Shown one piece after another: positions 24,515 through 38,300 of a DNA stretch of 64,000 nt. This stretch comes from Octopus vulgaris (lineage: Eukaryota): contig OX597827.1 in NCBI GenBank assembly GCA_951406725.2, positions 24,180,001-24,244,000 on the forward strand, given 5' to 3'. Position 1 is the stretch's first letter; each line of letters starts with the position of its first letter. Below the pieces are notes generated by a model. That model worked only from the letters and a program-made list of their open reading frames with translations, was not told the origin of the DNA and ran no database searches. Position numbers and translations under genes: made by a program.

Positions 24515-25400
24515 CAACATTATTGTCTTTATATTTCATAACACAAACTGCATATGGCGATGTCAAGTTAGATGATCTCTTGGGTTGTTTTTTGAAAGTT
24601 TTTCTTTTCACTAGAGGACAATTTAGCAATCCGTTTTCTCTAACAGTGCCTGTTGCACAATTCCTGCTGATCCGAACTCAACAGGTAGTTTACTCGACAA
24701 GCAATAGTAATTTTTCCTGTGTCCCTTTTTTTTTGGATGCTATACATTAATGAATTAAGATGTTGGGGAATCTTTTTCCAGCTGGTTCTTTGAGAAATGA
24801 TTGTTCTTGCTACCATAAATGTTTTGATTTGTTTTCTGGTTTTGAACTCTTCTCAATCCATATCTCGTGCATTTTCTCAGCTATATTTCCTGTTACCTTT
24901 AACATTTCTTTGAGAATTTTATTATCGAAAGCTTCATAGTTTGCCTTGAAACAAGATTATTAATGGAAATATCTGTTTTGAATTTCATGTGGTGAGTTCC
25001 TTTCCTCCTGGTTCTCCTACAATTTATTCAATCATGCATGAGTAAGATATGGGTGCAGCTAATTAAGCCCAATTGAATATATTTCAGCATATTTCTCTCA
25101 TTTGTATGCCTTCCAGATAATTTGTTTACATATGTCCACATTTTTTTCTTTTTAATACGCTTCCTTGTCTAACTTTGGTTAAATTCTAATATCCAAGATG
25201 CTTGTGGTAAACATTCTGTTGGTAGGTTCAGATAAATTCTTAATATCAAGATTTAGTTGTCTACCTATTTGTTTTCCTCGTTTAGGATGCTTTTCCATTT
25301 CTCATAAAATAGATGTTTGTGGATCTGTATACATTATCATCAAAGCAAATTATGTCTCAACTTGGAGACACTGTATGTCCTAATTTTTTTTCTTGAAATT
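24515..25400 (-). mobile_element. Degenerate piggyBac (PGBD-like) transposase fragment
   Basis: Manual translation NYY..GI/CATGTVRENGLLNCPL..KKQPKRS..KDNNVV. Confidence 0.65.
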
Positions 25401-26515
25401 CTTTGTGATGTTTGTTCTACCTTGAGTTGCAGATAGTTCCTTGTCACTCCTGCTGTCAAAAATGAGCCAGTGCTTAACCTGTTAGATACTTAAAGGCAAC
25501 AATGCTGAAAGTTGTCTACGTAAAACAGGGAAAAAATTACGCCTATACATGGCACAGCGCATGTGAACATCCGACGTTCTATGAGTCGGGAAAAGAATTA
25601 AGCTAATGCAAACGTGTTGCAAAAAACAAGGCAGTACACGTGCAGAGCAAAGGTGCATGAATGCAATAGGGCTTGCCAGACCGAAAAAACAGCAATGAAT
25701 ATGCCAGTGGTTGAGCGATTATATGCCTCATTCGTACAGGAACAAAAGTATGGCATGCTGGCGCGTTATAATGGACAAACAACCCTCTCTATGTATACGT
25801 GACCGACCTAGGGTCTACAGAAATGAGGTGTGTCCACAAAGGCAAATTAGCATGGAAAAACAAGTGAGAAAAGCATGTGTGACGTATGTGTGTGTACGTG
25901 TGTGCGACAGAAATACAAACAAGGTGAATGCGAGCAAAAATAAAAACACAGCGCCTAGGAAAAAAGTCTCTCAGGGCTATTTCAGACAAGATGGAATTAG
26001 TTTACCAGTCTGTAATAGCCTGATACACAATAGCAGTTCGTTCTGTAACAGAATGTTGAAGATCACAAATGCAGATGCCGATTGAACACAATGTGTAGCG
26101 GTTGTAGCTTCGATGCTGTGACAGGTTAAATCGTTACAGAAGAATCTCGCAGATAGACTGGGCTGTTAATTCCTTGGTGTGCCATGCACAAACAGCAAGT
26201 GGGCTAAACTTCCGCGAGTTGCTATTTACATCTTGTTGTGTCGACGGTGTTGAAGGCGACTGTGGTGTGGACTTGAGACAACATTGTTCTTAGTGGTGAT
26301 GGCGACGAAGATAACGACGACGGCAAAGAAAAAGCATCGATGATATGAATGCGTCCGTCATTATTGTTGAAGAATAAGAAAGGCTCCTTCTATAACTGTT
26401 TGTGGTGGCCGGAAACAAATCGTCGAAAGATGATGACTGCGTAGAGTTAATCGTGTTCCGACTCGCAGAAAACTGGATTTCTTTGTTGTTAAGTGATCTC
26501 TGGTTTTAGACCAGA

Positions 26516-26534
26516 ATCACGTCGGGGGTCACCA
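26516..26534 (-). promoter_or_regulatory. Primer-binding site complementary to the tRNA-Trp 3' end
   Basis: TGGTGACCCCCGACGTGAT versus canonical TGGTGACCCCGACGTGAT of CsRn1-clade elements (one extra C). Confidence 0.85.
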
Positions 26535-26535
26535 G

Positions 26536-27124
26536 TGAAACGAAATGTGAATATCTTCTCTGGACCTTTTGGGGGTGCGAGAAGCAATCACTATCCGTTG
26601 CTTTTAAATCCAGATTCTACCAGTCAGAGAAACACAAAACGCGGACGTAAAAAATATATATCTACTTTATTCTCTTATGACAGTAACAGATAATTGGTAT
26701 ATCTGGGTATCCCTTTGGTATAGATGTGTCAGAGCTGAACGTTATCGCTGTAGAATTTACAATGTTCAAATGCTAACGACACTGGTCAAAGATGGCGTCC
26801 GGAACAGGGAGAAGATGTGGTCTGCAACAATTTGGTTAAAGTCTTCAGCCAACTGCTATCAAATTCGGACAGCGAGAAAATATACGTCCGTTGCCTTCGG
26901 TCGCTTTGTCTCAAGTCAATGACTGCTGCTGGACGCTAGTGGTCAACGTCCTACAATCCCCCTGCCTCGGCTAACTGCCACGTAGGCAAAAGGGTCCTTC
27001 TTCCGGTGCTTCGCGCATGCGCGAGAGGGCCCTTCCTCTCTCTGCCTTGGTGAAGGCACAAACTCCGCATGCGCGAAACAGGAATGGACGGTGCGCGCGC
27101 GCGCCGCTGTATAGCGTCACTACA
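26536..27124 (-). mobile_element. 5' LTR (589 bp, TG...CA) of the Gypsy element whose gag lies at 23.7-24.4 kb
   Basis: Minus strand starts tgtagtgacg and ends ..tttca, 1 nt before a PBS. Confidence 0.8.
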
Positions 27125-27640
27125 AGTTCAACTCCAATCGACTGTTAATTATCAGGTTGAGGCAGTGGATCAGTAGAGCCTTTTTATAAGTAAATTACCA
27201 ATGTTCCTCTCTAAGGCTAGTATGGAGGCATTTATTTCCTTGGTGGTGTTGCCACATCTGGTCAGGTGTTTGCAGAAGGAGGATGCATTGGTGAGATGCT
27301 CCTTAATTCAGATGTGGAGTGGTTGTGCTGTGCTACCGATGTAGTGAGCATTTGTAGCATCATTTTTGCTATACTATGCATATATGTTGGCACATGTTGG
27401 TGTCATGAATGGGACAGTCTGTTAGTATGCAGGGATGTTGTACTGCATGGGACCACCTCATTGATGCAGAGGAGAACATATTCCTTCCCTTGTAGATAGC
27501 AGAATTGGTGAATCTCTATGTTGTGTATAAGTGTAGAGGAGACGTAATTGGTTTTAAACTTGGTTAGGAATTCTGGGGGGAAGATTTAAGGTGGATATAC
27601 TGTTGTCAGTAGTACAATGTGTTTATCAATAAGGATTAGC
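27125..27640 (-). mobile_element. Second Penelope-like element remnant (GIY-YIG endonuclease end)
   Basis: NAHYIGSTAQPLHI*IKEHL..CKHL..ALLI..IINSR. Confidence 0.7.
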
Positions 27641-27873
27641 CATAACATTCCTATTTAACTCTTTTTATACAACCTGCCTGTGGCTACCTCTGGTTATGTG
27701 ATCCAAACTTTGTTTTAAAGCAATTTAAAACTTTTCTCAAGTTTTCATGTTAATTTATTCCTAATACTAGTTGAAGAATTTGACATATTGTCATTAACCC
27801 TTTCTGTGACATATTTCTTTTGAAATACAATTCAGTTTTGAATATAATGAATTTAGTAATGTAATTTTGTGAT

Positions 27874-27907
<34 letters not shown>

Positions 27908-29337
27908 TTTTATGTGTGTGGGAGCAATAGAAGTCTGCCAGATGATCTGGGCTATGATTATTACAAAACATGTTTGACAATAGTAAAAAAAAAACATCTT
28001 CAATATATGAACATTTGGGAGTATTTCCAATTCACAGATGTAGGACGAGTTGATTGTATCCATTTAGGAACCAACAGTTGAATTTATGGTGAGAAGCAGC
28101 TGGTTTTGTTCTCCTTTTTGTGAGGCCAGATCTTGTTGTCACTGTCATAACCACACACACAAAAAAAAGAGCCACTCCAGTTATATAACACCAAGTCAGG
28201 ATTCAGACCATATTAACCCCTCATCTTCCCCTGAGCTATTCTATTATGATAGGGTAACACATCTGTTCACTACCCTCCTTACATGCCTACCTAACCTAGC
28301 TATTACTTCATACAAGTTTTTGTTTCTTTTAAACAACTGGGTCCAAATTTGATAAAGGACCCTTTCAGTGCCACTACTTTTGGGTGGATCCTTTGTTCTT
28401 TGTTTATATTTTTCGTTATTCTTTGTAATATTTTTTGCAAATAAAGAAATGATAAATATAATAATTGTTGTTTTTCTGTGATGTCTGGAAAATGCCATAA
28501 AGTAGATTTTCTGGAAGCCAAGTCAGAATCATTTCTGATTTCCTGATGCTAATGGCATCTAAGAGGTATGTATGAGTAGTAATTTGGGTCTTTTTTGTTA
28601 AGACAAGTTGGCACGATTCCAGTGGGTCATTCTCTTGGGGTCTAAACAGGTCATCATCAAATATTTATTTTGGCAATTAAAAAAATCGCCAATGAGTAGA
28701 GTATGATTATGCTACAATTAAGCTGGCGGGGGTGACTTTATTTGAAATAATGGGAAAAAAATTTATTCTTGTCATTTTTTATTTTAGTTCTTTACAATAT
28801 TGTTGGTTAGGAAATGGAAAAAATATTCTTAATTTCAATATAATTCTCCATTCTAAGGCAGCACTGGACAAAATGCTTGATATTTCATCCATTTTCATGG
28901 ATATTCTGTTTTGTTCAAACAGGCCATATCTGGCCTCTCTTACCTAACCCACAATGTCATTCTCAATATAAACAATATCATCATTTCAAAGCTATCAGAT
29001 GATGTGCATGATCAATTCAAAACAAAGTGAACAAGTATCTAACATTCAAATAAATGTTAAATATAACACTTAAGTGTTTAAAGGAGTTAGGGGAGATGGT
29101 GTTAGGGACATAACTGCATGCATTTAACGGAGAAATTATGAAAATTGCCATTTAATTTTTTTTTTTTACACATGTATTAAAATTATATATGGATAACAAA
29201 CTTATGAGAGCCAAGACAAAAGAATTTTTAATAAGTTTATTTTGCAAAATCTCAGTCTATTCAGAAAATAGGAAGAACAATCTCTTTTATGAGCAAAGAT
29301 CTTTGTCCTCATAAGTTCATGTCCTTAACGACCAGAA

Positions 29338-29543
29338 CTACAAGCGCGAGCGTTTTATTGGAGGTAGTTTGACAAGAGAAAGACATTTGGAAGTATTATA
29401 AGTTGGTTGGTTACGAATGCGCTTTAGTTTCAAGTTTACAGCATTGGGTAACAAAGCAGGTCGGGTGAGACAACCATGACCACCAGGGGTATAAGCACGC
29501 AACGTAAAAGTGTGTCTGGATTTCGTGCTTACACCGACCCAGC
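29338..29543 (-). CDS. NOA1: NOA1 exon 8 (last coding exon)
   Basis: [20 protein letters not shown]..; TAG at 29338-40. Confidence 0.88.
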
Positions 29544-29791
29544 CTAAAAATGTAAAGAAAAAAATGAAGTTTAAGACAGTATTGAGGGATGAAACCACAC
29601 ATGCTTATATATATATATATAAATGTAGTTTAACGCAGGTATAAATCAAATACTTTTACTTTTGACACGTGTTTTGAAGATTCCACTGATATTATTCATA
29701 AGAATAACCTCTTGTGTGATTTTTTGCTACCCTGGTAACTATTTTTTTTTTTTTCTGTTTTAATTGTTAACAAGGCAAAAATACACTCATC

Positions 29792-29825
<34 letters not shown>

Positions 29826-32800
29826 CAAACTTTGGAAGCACTGAATGTGTTGGTATTTTACAAATTTTGAATGCAGTATAACTGAAAATAGCAGAGAAAG
29901 ATTAAGTATTTGCCTTAGAGGATGGAAAAAGGTTTCCAGCAGGTGGCTTGTCTGTAAAGATATATATGTATATATCACAGGTAAAAATGATTAATAAATC
30001 CAGGTAGATGTCTTGTAAGTATTCAGTGATTGAGTTTACATATCTACACATCAAATAATCAGAAACCAATAGCGTCACATTGAATTAACATTTGTGGTAA
30101 TTCCTCCGAAATCCAAAGATCACTTACAATTTCAGAAAACCTAGAGTATGTAAACTGAACAAGACTAGAGATTACCTCATACTTAGAGATTCTCATCTTT
30201 ATCCGATGATTATTACATCATACAAGACCAACAATAGTTTCTATTGTGTAAAGAATCTTTGGATAAAGAGAAAAATTCAATGTATTAGAAATTTATGAAA
30301 AGAAGTTTCAGATAGATTCATTTCTATTTTGTTCTTTTTACTTTATCCAAAAAAGGCTTTGATCACATCAAATTAATCTCCAAACTTCAAGATTAATGCA
30401 TGATTAATTCATCATCATCATCATCGTTTAATGTCTGCCTTCCATGCTAGCATGGGTTGGATGATTTGACTGAGGGCTGGCCAACCAGACAGCCGCACCC
30501 TGGCAGAGTTTCTACAGTTGGATACCCTTCCTAATGCCAACCACTCCATGAGTGTAGTGGGTGCTTTTTAAGTGCCCAGAACTGAATATACATGCCTTTC
30601 ATTTGACCAAATAACCCTAAATGCTAAAGGGTTATAATATAAAGGAAGAATAGAAGGTGAATGTAGCAATAAGTGGTTTAGAAATTCTAAGTTTCAGTTT
30701 AAACAGAATCACAGATCAATTTATTTACCAAACAAGTAAAACTGAATAATTCTATAAAAACAAATTATAAAATAAAAAAAGAAAAAACGTGAAAGAACCT
30801 TACCAATTGAGGACAAAACAATATCACAGACTGTTTTTTTAAAACCAGTACCAGTTAAATGGAAAGTTTTCCCAACTAAGGGTGGGATTAGACTAAGTCT
30901 GTCTTCATCTCCTAAAGGAATCTGCAAATAAAAGTTTATATAAAAAAAAAGTCATTTCTTTTAACATTTCATAGTAGTGTGGCTATCTCTCTCTTTCTCT
31001 CTCACTCTCAGTGGTTAGGGCAGCGGACTCATGGTCGTAGGATCACGGTTTCGATTCCCAGACCAGGCGTTGTGAGTGTTTATTGAGCGAAAACACCTAA
31101 AACTCCACGAGGCTTCGGCAGGGGGTAGTGGCAATCCCTTCTGTACTCTTTCACCACAACTTTCTCTCACTCTTTCTTCTGTTGGCCTACTTGCTTAGCC
31201 AGCGGGGTGGCGTCATTTGAAGGCTAAAACAATGTGAAGCGCATTGTGACCAGCGATGTGTAGCAACATCTGATAGCCTGGTCAGTCACGATGATATATA
31301 TATTGCATATGTAAGATAAAACATAGAGAGGACAAACAAGGACAAAGGGATTAAGTTGATTACATTGACCCCAGTGCGTAACTGGTACTTATTGGACTCC
31401 GAAAAGATGAAAGGCAAAGTCGACCTGGTGGAATTTGAACTCAGAATGTAACGGCAGACATACCTATTTCTTTACTAACCACAAGGGGCTAAACACAGAC
31501 AAACGGATTAAGTCGATTATATCGACCCCAGTGCATAACTGGTACTTAATTTATCGACCCCGAAAGGATGAAAGGTAAAGTCGACCTCAGCGGAATTTGA
31601 ACTCGGAACATAACGGCAGACAAAATACCACTAAGCATTTTGCCCAGTGTGCTAACACTTCTGCCAGCTCGCTGCCTTATGGTTACATGCAATCAGTATT
31701 TAGGTCAAATTTGTGCCTAAACTCCAGTTTTAAATGCCAGGATGTGATAGCTGTGTAAATGAGAATTGGCTGTGAGCAATGAACTGATGAAACTGGTGTG
31801 TAACAGAATGAAAGCAGAGACAAGCAAATAAAGGAAAACAACTGCAGAAAGGAGTCTATATTGGTAGGAAGTCATGAAAAATTCTGAGGTTCTTAACAGT
31901 TGAGATGGTAGACTCCAGGAAAAGGTAGAAAGGAAGTCTACAAGATTGATATTGCAGAGCTTGGTAGGGAAATAAAGTTACCATCATGGTATTTTATTCT
32001 ATCATTTTCAAGGTTTTTATGTCAGGGTATATAAGGAGTGAATGATAAACAGTGAGGTGAAGTATAACGGTTGGAAGGTGAACAGTGAGGGCATATGTAT
32101 AATTATAGGTGGTTGAAAATTAATTTACCTGAAGCACATCTTTTCCAATATTTTCTTTGTAGAAATCTTCAGCTTTTTCTATTTCCATGACATGAACCAC
32201 AATTTTATTATTATTTATTAGAGTAAGGAGAACATTTTCTGTGCCCTGGTTAAAGAAAAATAAAAATAAAAATGTTACAAAAACACATTGAAGGAAGTTT
32301 TTAATATGAAAAACTTGATTAGAAAACAAAATTTAAAACTATAATTTTGAAATCTGTTGTATGAAATAATTTTAAATGTTTGTTAATTTGGTTTTGTCTA
32401 ACACCACTTCAAGTTTTTCAATTATATTTTCAGTATTACTAACAAATATACTGATAGGTATTAGGTTGCAGAATTACCACCCCGACCAGGAAATATTCTT
32501 TTCTACTCTGGACTCGAAATTGGGGGGCAGTCGATTAGATTGACCCCAGTACACAACTGGTACTTTATTGACCCCCCAAAAGGATGAAGGGCAAAGTCAA
32601 CCTTGGCAGGATTTGAACTCAGAATGTAAAGACAGACAAAATACTGCTAAGCATTTAGCCCGGCATGCTAATGTTTCTGCTAGCTTGGCACCTTCCCAAC
32701 CAGAAGATATTGGACCATGGATTATGATGCTGGGGTCATAACATAGGATGTCATTGGTGAGATGTGTATTTGGAATGGTGAAGGGGAGACTCTTTATCAA

Positions 32801-35329
32801 AATGGAATGAAATAAACTGGAATGGAAGTGCAATTATGAAAGGCTGCTGAACATATAGAACGCATGGGATAAACAGGGATTACTCCATGATGACCCAACA
32901 CAGGGACCAGCAATGTGGTGGAGAAGAAAAGCCACAGGTCCATCGAGGATAGTTGCAGAGGTGTTTAAAACCTCTGGAGAGGTAGGATAAAAGATGACCA
33001 CCCAGATAGTTAATGATGTTGTACAAGAAAATGCTATTCCCAGTGATTGATGGAGCAGTATCATCATAAACTGCTACAGAGGCAAAAGAAATTCCAGAGA
33101 TAAGCGACTATAGATGAATTAAACTGCTCAACGAGGTTATGAAGGGACCTAATCCAATTGATCAGGGATAGAGAAGATGGACCTGCCTGAGATGCAATTT
33201 GTTGTCCTCGGGTACCATAGATGCTATCTTTCTAGTGAAGCAACTGCAGGGAGGATACTTGGCTAAGAATAAACAGCTGTTCCTGGTTTTCCTTTCTTTG
33301 AGTTGGAAAAAGTATCTGACAGGGTGCCATATTCTAGAATTTGGTGATCACTGAGGAAACTAGGTAAAGATCAGGGGTTCTCAACCATTTTTTATCCATA
33401 GACCCCTTTGATTACTATTTTATTCTGGTGGACCCCCATAGCCATACGATGTTTAAAAATTAGTTTTATAGAAATGTCTTTCAAATTCTTATTTTGTTTT
33501 TCTAACATTGACTTGTGTAGGTTGAACTTTGCAAAATGTTGGAGAAAGAAACCTTGCTGTTCCTTCCAGTACACCTAAAGCAGAATTTTTCAGGGGCCCT
33601 TAAAATATTGTGGATTCCCAATTTACTATTTTGTAGCATGGACCCTCAAGGTTGAGAACCACTGGTGTAGATGAATGACTTGTGAATACCGTACAAGCTA
33701 TGTACATGGATGCTGGAAGTGAGAGCTGGTATTGAATTCAGTGATAAATTCAATATAAAGTAGACACCTTTCAAGGTTCAATCTTTAGGCCCCTTCTATT
33801 CGTCATAGTCCTAAAGGCCATCACAGAGTAGTTTAAGACTGTCTACAAGAAATCCTATACACTGATCTAATTCACAAAGCTGCATCTACAGGGGAATTAG
33901 AGAGGAAATTCCAGGCATGGAAACGTAACTGAGAATCAAGTGGCCTTAAGGTAAACCTAGCAAAGATGAAGATTTTAGAAAGTAGGAACCTGAAGAACCC
34001 TGAAGATACCAAGGTTCTGTAGAAAAGAAGTAGGTATAAATTCCATATGTTGCACCCAATGTAAGTAATGGACCACAAGATTAGATATAATTAGCAAGGA
34101 AGATGGTTGCTTTGAAAATATAGTAGCCAGGATGGGTTGGAGATGGTTCAAGGAGATACTACCACTGCTGATAACAAAGATCTTTTCCCTTAAAGTGAAG
34201 GACGGATTGTGATAGAAGTTCAATGTCGTATGGTAGTAAAACATGGGCCTTGTCAGCACTGGATTAACCCTTAAGCGAAATAAGCATGTGCTTAGGGCAT
34301 TGAAGGGAGGGTGGGGATCACAGAAATATGTAAGACTAATTAGGAAGATCTGTTTAAAGACTTTGCAATTAAAGAAAGTTGGAGAAAACTTTTCAAATAT
34401 AAATGAAGTGGAAATATACAAAAACATTATTTTACATTTTTCTGTTGTTAGTTTCGTTTCATTTTGAAAAATAAAAATCTATTTTATGGTTTATTATTTT
34501 TTATACTTTGGATTACATATATGTGGGAGCACTAAAACCTTTTAAGTGCTTGGGGCCTCAATGGGTTTTAGTCTGGTCCTGGGCCTTGTATGCAGAGGAC
34601 TTGGGTTAGCATGTTGCATTGGATGTGCATGAGACAACGTCAACCTATGATGAAGGGCTGCCACTGCCAATAAGGATCTCATCATCGTTTAATGTCTGCT
34701 TTCCATGCTAGCATGGGTTATCATCATTTAGCATCTGTTTTCCATACTGGCAGCCCTTCCTAACACCAACCACTCCTTCTTTGGACACTAAAACTGCTTG
34801 CGAAGACCTGTTGAGGCAAGTGAAATCAAAATCAAATTCAAATTCGATGACTGGCGTCCATGCTAGCGGGGTGCAAAGAGCACCATACGAATGTGATCAT
34901 CGACAGAGCAGGTAACCGACTTCCGTGTCAGTGGCACTTAAAAGGCACCATTCGAGTGTGATTGTTACCAGCATCGCCTTATGGCACTCGAGCCCGATGC
35001 TAGTAGGGTGTTAAGAGCATCATCCGAACGTGATTGTTGCCAGAGCAGCTAACTGGCTTCCATGCCAGTGGCATGTAAAAAGACACCATTCGAGTGTGAT
35101 CGTTACCAGCATCGCTTTACTGGCACCTGTGCCGGTTGCATGTGTAAAAGATTCGCGCAAGGTCGTTGCCAGTATTGCCTGACTGGCCCTGTGCCGGTGG
35201 CACGTAAAAGCACCCACTACACTCTCGGAGAGGTTGGCGTTAGGAAGGGCAGCCATCTGGTTCGCCAGCCCTCAGTCAAATCGTCCAACCCATGCTAGCA
35301 TGGAAAGCAGACGTTAAACGATGATGATA

Positions 35330-35371
<42 letters not shown>

Positions 35372-38300
35372 CTGCTCAATATATATGCATTCTCACTCAC
35401 CAGATAAAGGCCCTAAACTGTGAAGCAAAACATCACAGAATTCAAATCTTTAATAACATTTACTTGCAAACTCACATCAAAAGTCCCTCACCAAATAATT
35501 GAAAGATTTATGTGTTTCTCTTACCTCGACATAGTCAATGCGACCAAGTCCAGTCACAAACATTGCTTGGTTTGGTTTCAGCACAAAGGTGCGTGGTCGG
35601 AACATTTTACATGATAACAAGATTTGAAGTTCCTCAGGGTTCAGAAATGATGTAATCTTCAAAAAAAAAAAAATAGAAATTATGATAATGATTTATTAGT
35701 CTTAACACCTGCTCTTCTGGACTGGTTTTTGCTGAGGCAGATTTTTCTACAGCTGGATGCCTTTCCTGTTGCCAACGCTCAACTATTTCCAAACAAGATA
35801 TTAATTCCCCATGAGTCAAGTACATCAACATCAAAATAAAAATTCAAATGGAAATTGTAGTTAAGACACCCGTACCAGTGACACGTAAAAAGCACCGTCC
35901 GAACGTGGCAGATGCCAGCGCCGCCTAGCTGGCGTCCATGTCGGTGACACATAAAAGCACCAACCGATCGTGGCTGTTTGCCAGCCTGCTCTGGCCCCTG
36001 AGCCGGTGGCATGTAAAAAGCACCCACTACATTCATGGAGTGATTGGCGTTAGGAAGGGCATCCAGCTGTAGAAACACTGCCAAATCAGACTAGAGCCTG
36101 GTGCAGCCTCCATGGCTTCCAGACCCCGGTCAAACCGTCCAACCCATGCTAGCATGGAAAATGGACGTTAAATGATGATGATGATGACTTGACATGTTTT
36201 CATGGAAGATAAGAAATGAAAAGACACTGACTGCATAACAATGACTCTTGTAACTATAATATTGGTTGATGTTGAAAGAAAGGCACACACACATCTTTCA
36301 TCATGATCATTGCAGAACATGTTTCCCATGCTGCCATGGGTTGGATGGCTCAGCAGGGAGCCAGAGGACTACACCGAACTCTGCACTCAGCTTTGGCAGG
36401 GTTTCTATGGCTTGATGCCTTTCCTAACATCAGCCGCTTTACAGACTGAATGGGATAGATTTTCGTGGCACAGGCAGGTCACTGAGTGACTCACAGGGCA
36501 AGACTCTTCAACAGAGGAAGGAAGGAAGTATTGCGAGAGGTGAAAATATGATAGAAGGAGAGGAATGAGTGTCTTGCTGAAGAGGATGCACGTGATTTCC
36601 CCAGCTGGAGGACACAGCCTCAGGTTACAAGGTGAATATAATACAAGAGAGAATCAGAAAGGACAGGTAGGTGAGTGAGTTTGCAAGATGGTTAGCATCC
36701 GTTTTCCATACTGGCAGCCCTTCCCAACACCGACCACTCCAAGAGTGTAGTGGTGGTGCTTCTTAACTGTCACTAGCACAGGTGTTTTTATGTGTCACCA
36801 ACACTGGCTTGATTTGGACACAGTGAATGGGGCACGGGTGGGGATATGGTCAAGGTGGGGGTGAATGAAATAAGGGTGGTTTAGGGAGAAAAAGGACAAA
36901 GGGCAACAACAGGGAGACAAGGTGAAGTGCAGGGGAATAAATTTAGATCATTTACTGTGGTCAGAACTCTTTAGCATTTAAACAAGCCACATCTGGCCTA
37001 AATAATCTTGTTCTATGTTTAGAATGACCAGATCTGGCCTCTCGCACTCACCCTACAATGTCATTCTAAAAATAAACAATTATATCATTGAAATGTCAGA
37101 ACTATGAGATAATCCAGGATTAATTCAAAGCAATGGGAATAAATAAGGATTACTTTTGACAGTAATTTGAATGCTAAAGAGTTAAAGAGGGAAGAAGTGG
37201 TTGCTGCAAAAATAATTATAATTAGACAAAATATTCTTTTATTTTGTTTGCTTCAATTATTAGTTTATCTCTATTCTGTTTTACTCTGTCTATTTCAGCA
37301 CCATGCCATCATGTTAAATATATAACTCTAAAGTTCCGTCTTACTTATTGATGTCTAAGCAACATATTCCCTCACTCATGAAAGTCCATCACACAGACAT
37401 TTCGTCTACCCTCTCTCTCTCAATTATATTTCTTAATACCTACAACGAAAGAATACGTTCCCCAAGAGATGCGCTCCTTCATAGCTGCTAGTTCACGTAT
37501 TTTGTCATCCTTGGTTGTCTCCCATGAACACTTCTAAAGGCTTACGCCACCCCCACCCCTTCTATATAAAGTAGTGATCATACAGTGCAAAATATGACAG
37601 TGTAGTGTACGCGGGTTGAACTGAAGACTATTGTTCTTTGTCTATGAATCCTGCCAAATGTGAGCTCTCTTTTCAGGTACATGATGCTGCTGTCCCCCGC
37701 CCCAGGGTCTCAAGGGCCCATACTTCCCACACCCTCAGGGTTGGCACTCTCAACATTGGCACACTGAAAGGTAGGTCTGGTGAGATTGTTGAGATGCTTG
37801 AACGGAGACGTGTAGATTTGTGCTGCATCCAAGAAGTTAGGTGGAGAGGAGGTTCTGCTAGGTTCCTCACTGGCAAAGAACACAGGTACAAGATTTTCTG
37901 GGCAGGGAACACTGACGGGGTTGGGGGTGTGGGTATACTTCTTGCGGAGAAATGGATAGATAAGGTAATTGAGGTAGTCAGAGTATGCGACAGAATACTT
38001 AAGATTAGATTAGTGCTCCACCATGGGTTAGCAACCATTATCTCAGCCAGGGCTACCCGATAGACAGAAAGACTGATTCTATGACACCCTCTTGCAGACT
38101 ACCTCGTTGACGAATGACAGGGACCTTTTCTTTGTGGCTGGTGACTTCAATAGACATGTTGGACAACATGTCAGGGGTTTCCATGGCGTACATGGAGGCT
38201 ACGGTTTTGGTTCTCACAATGAGGGAACCAGGCTGCTGAAGTTCTGTGACGCAAATGATGTTATGGTTTGCAATACTAACTTCAGAAAACCTGCCAGCCA

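Noticed and set aside
28050-28620. Overlapping short minus-strand ORFs downstream of NOA1
   Set aside because: No recognisable domain or splice pattern
29655-29705. Minus-strand aaaacacgtgtc resembling a PLE hammerhead helix III
   Set aside because: CUGANGA and GAAA cores are not intact
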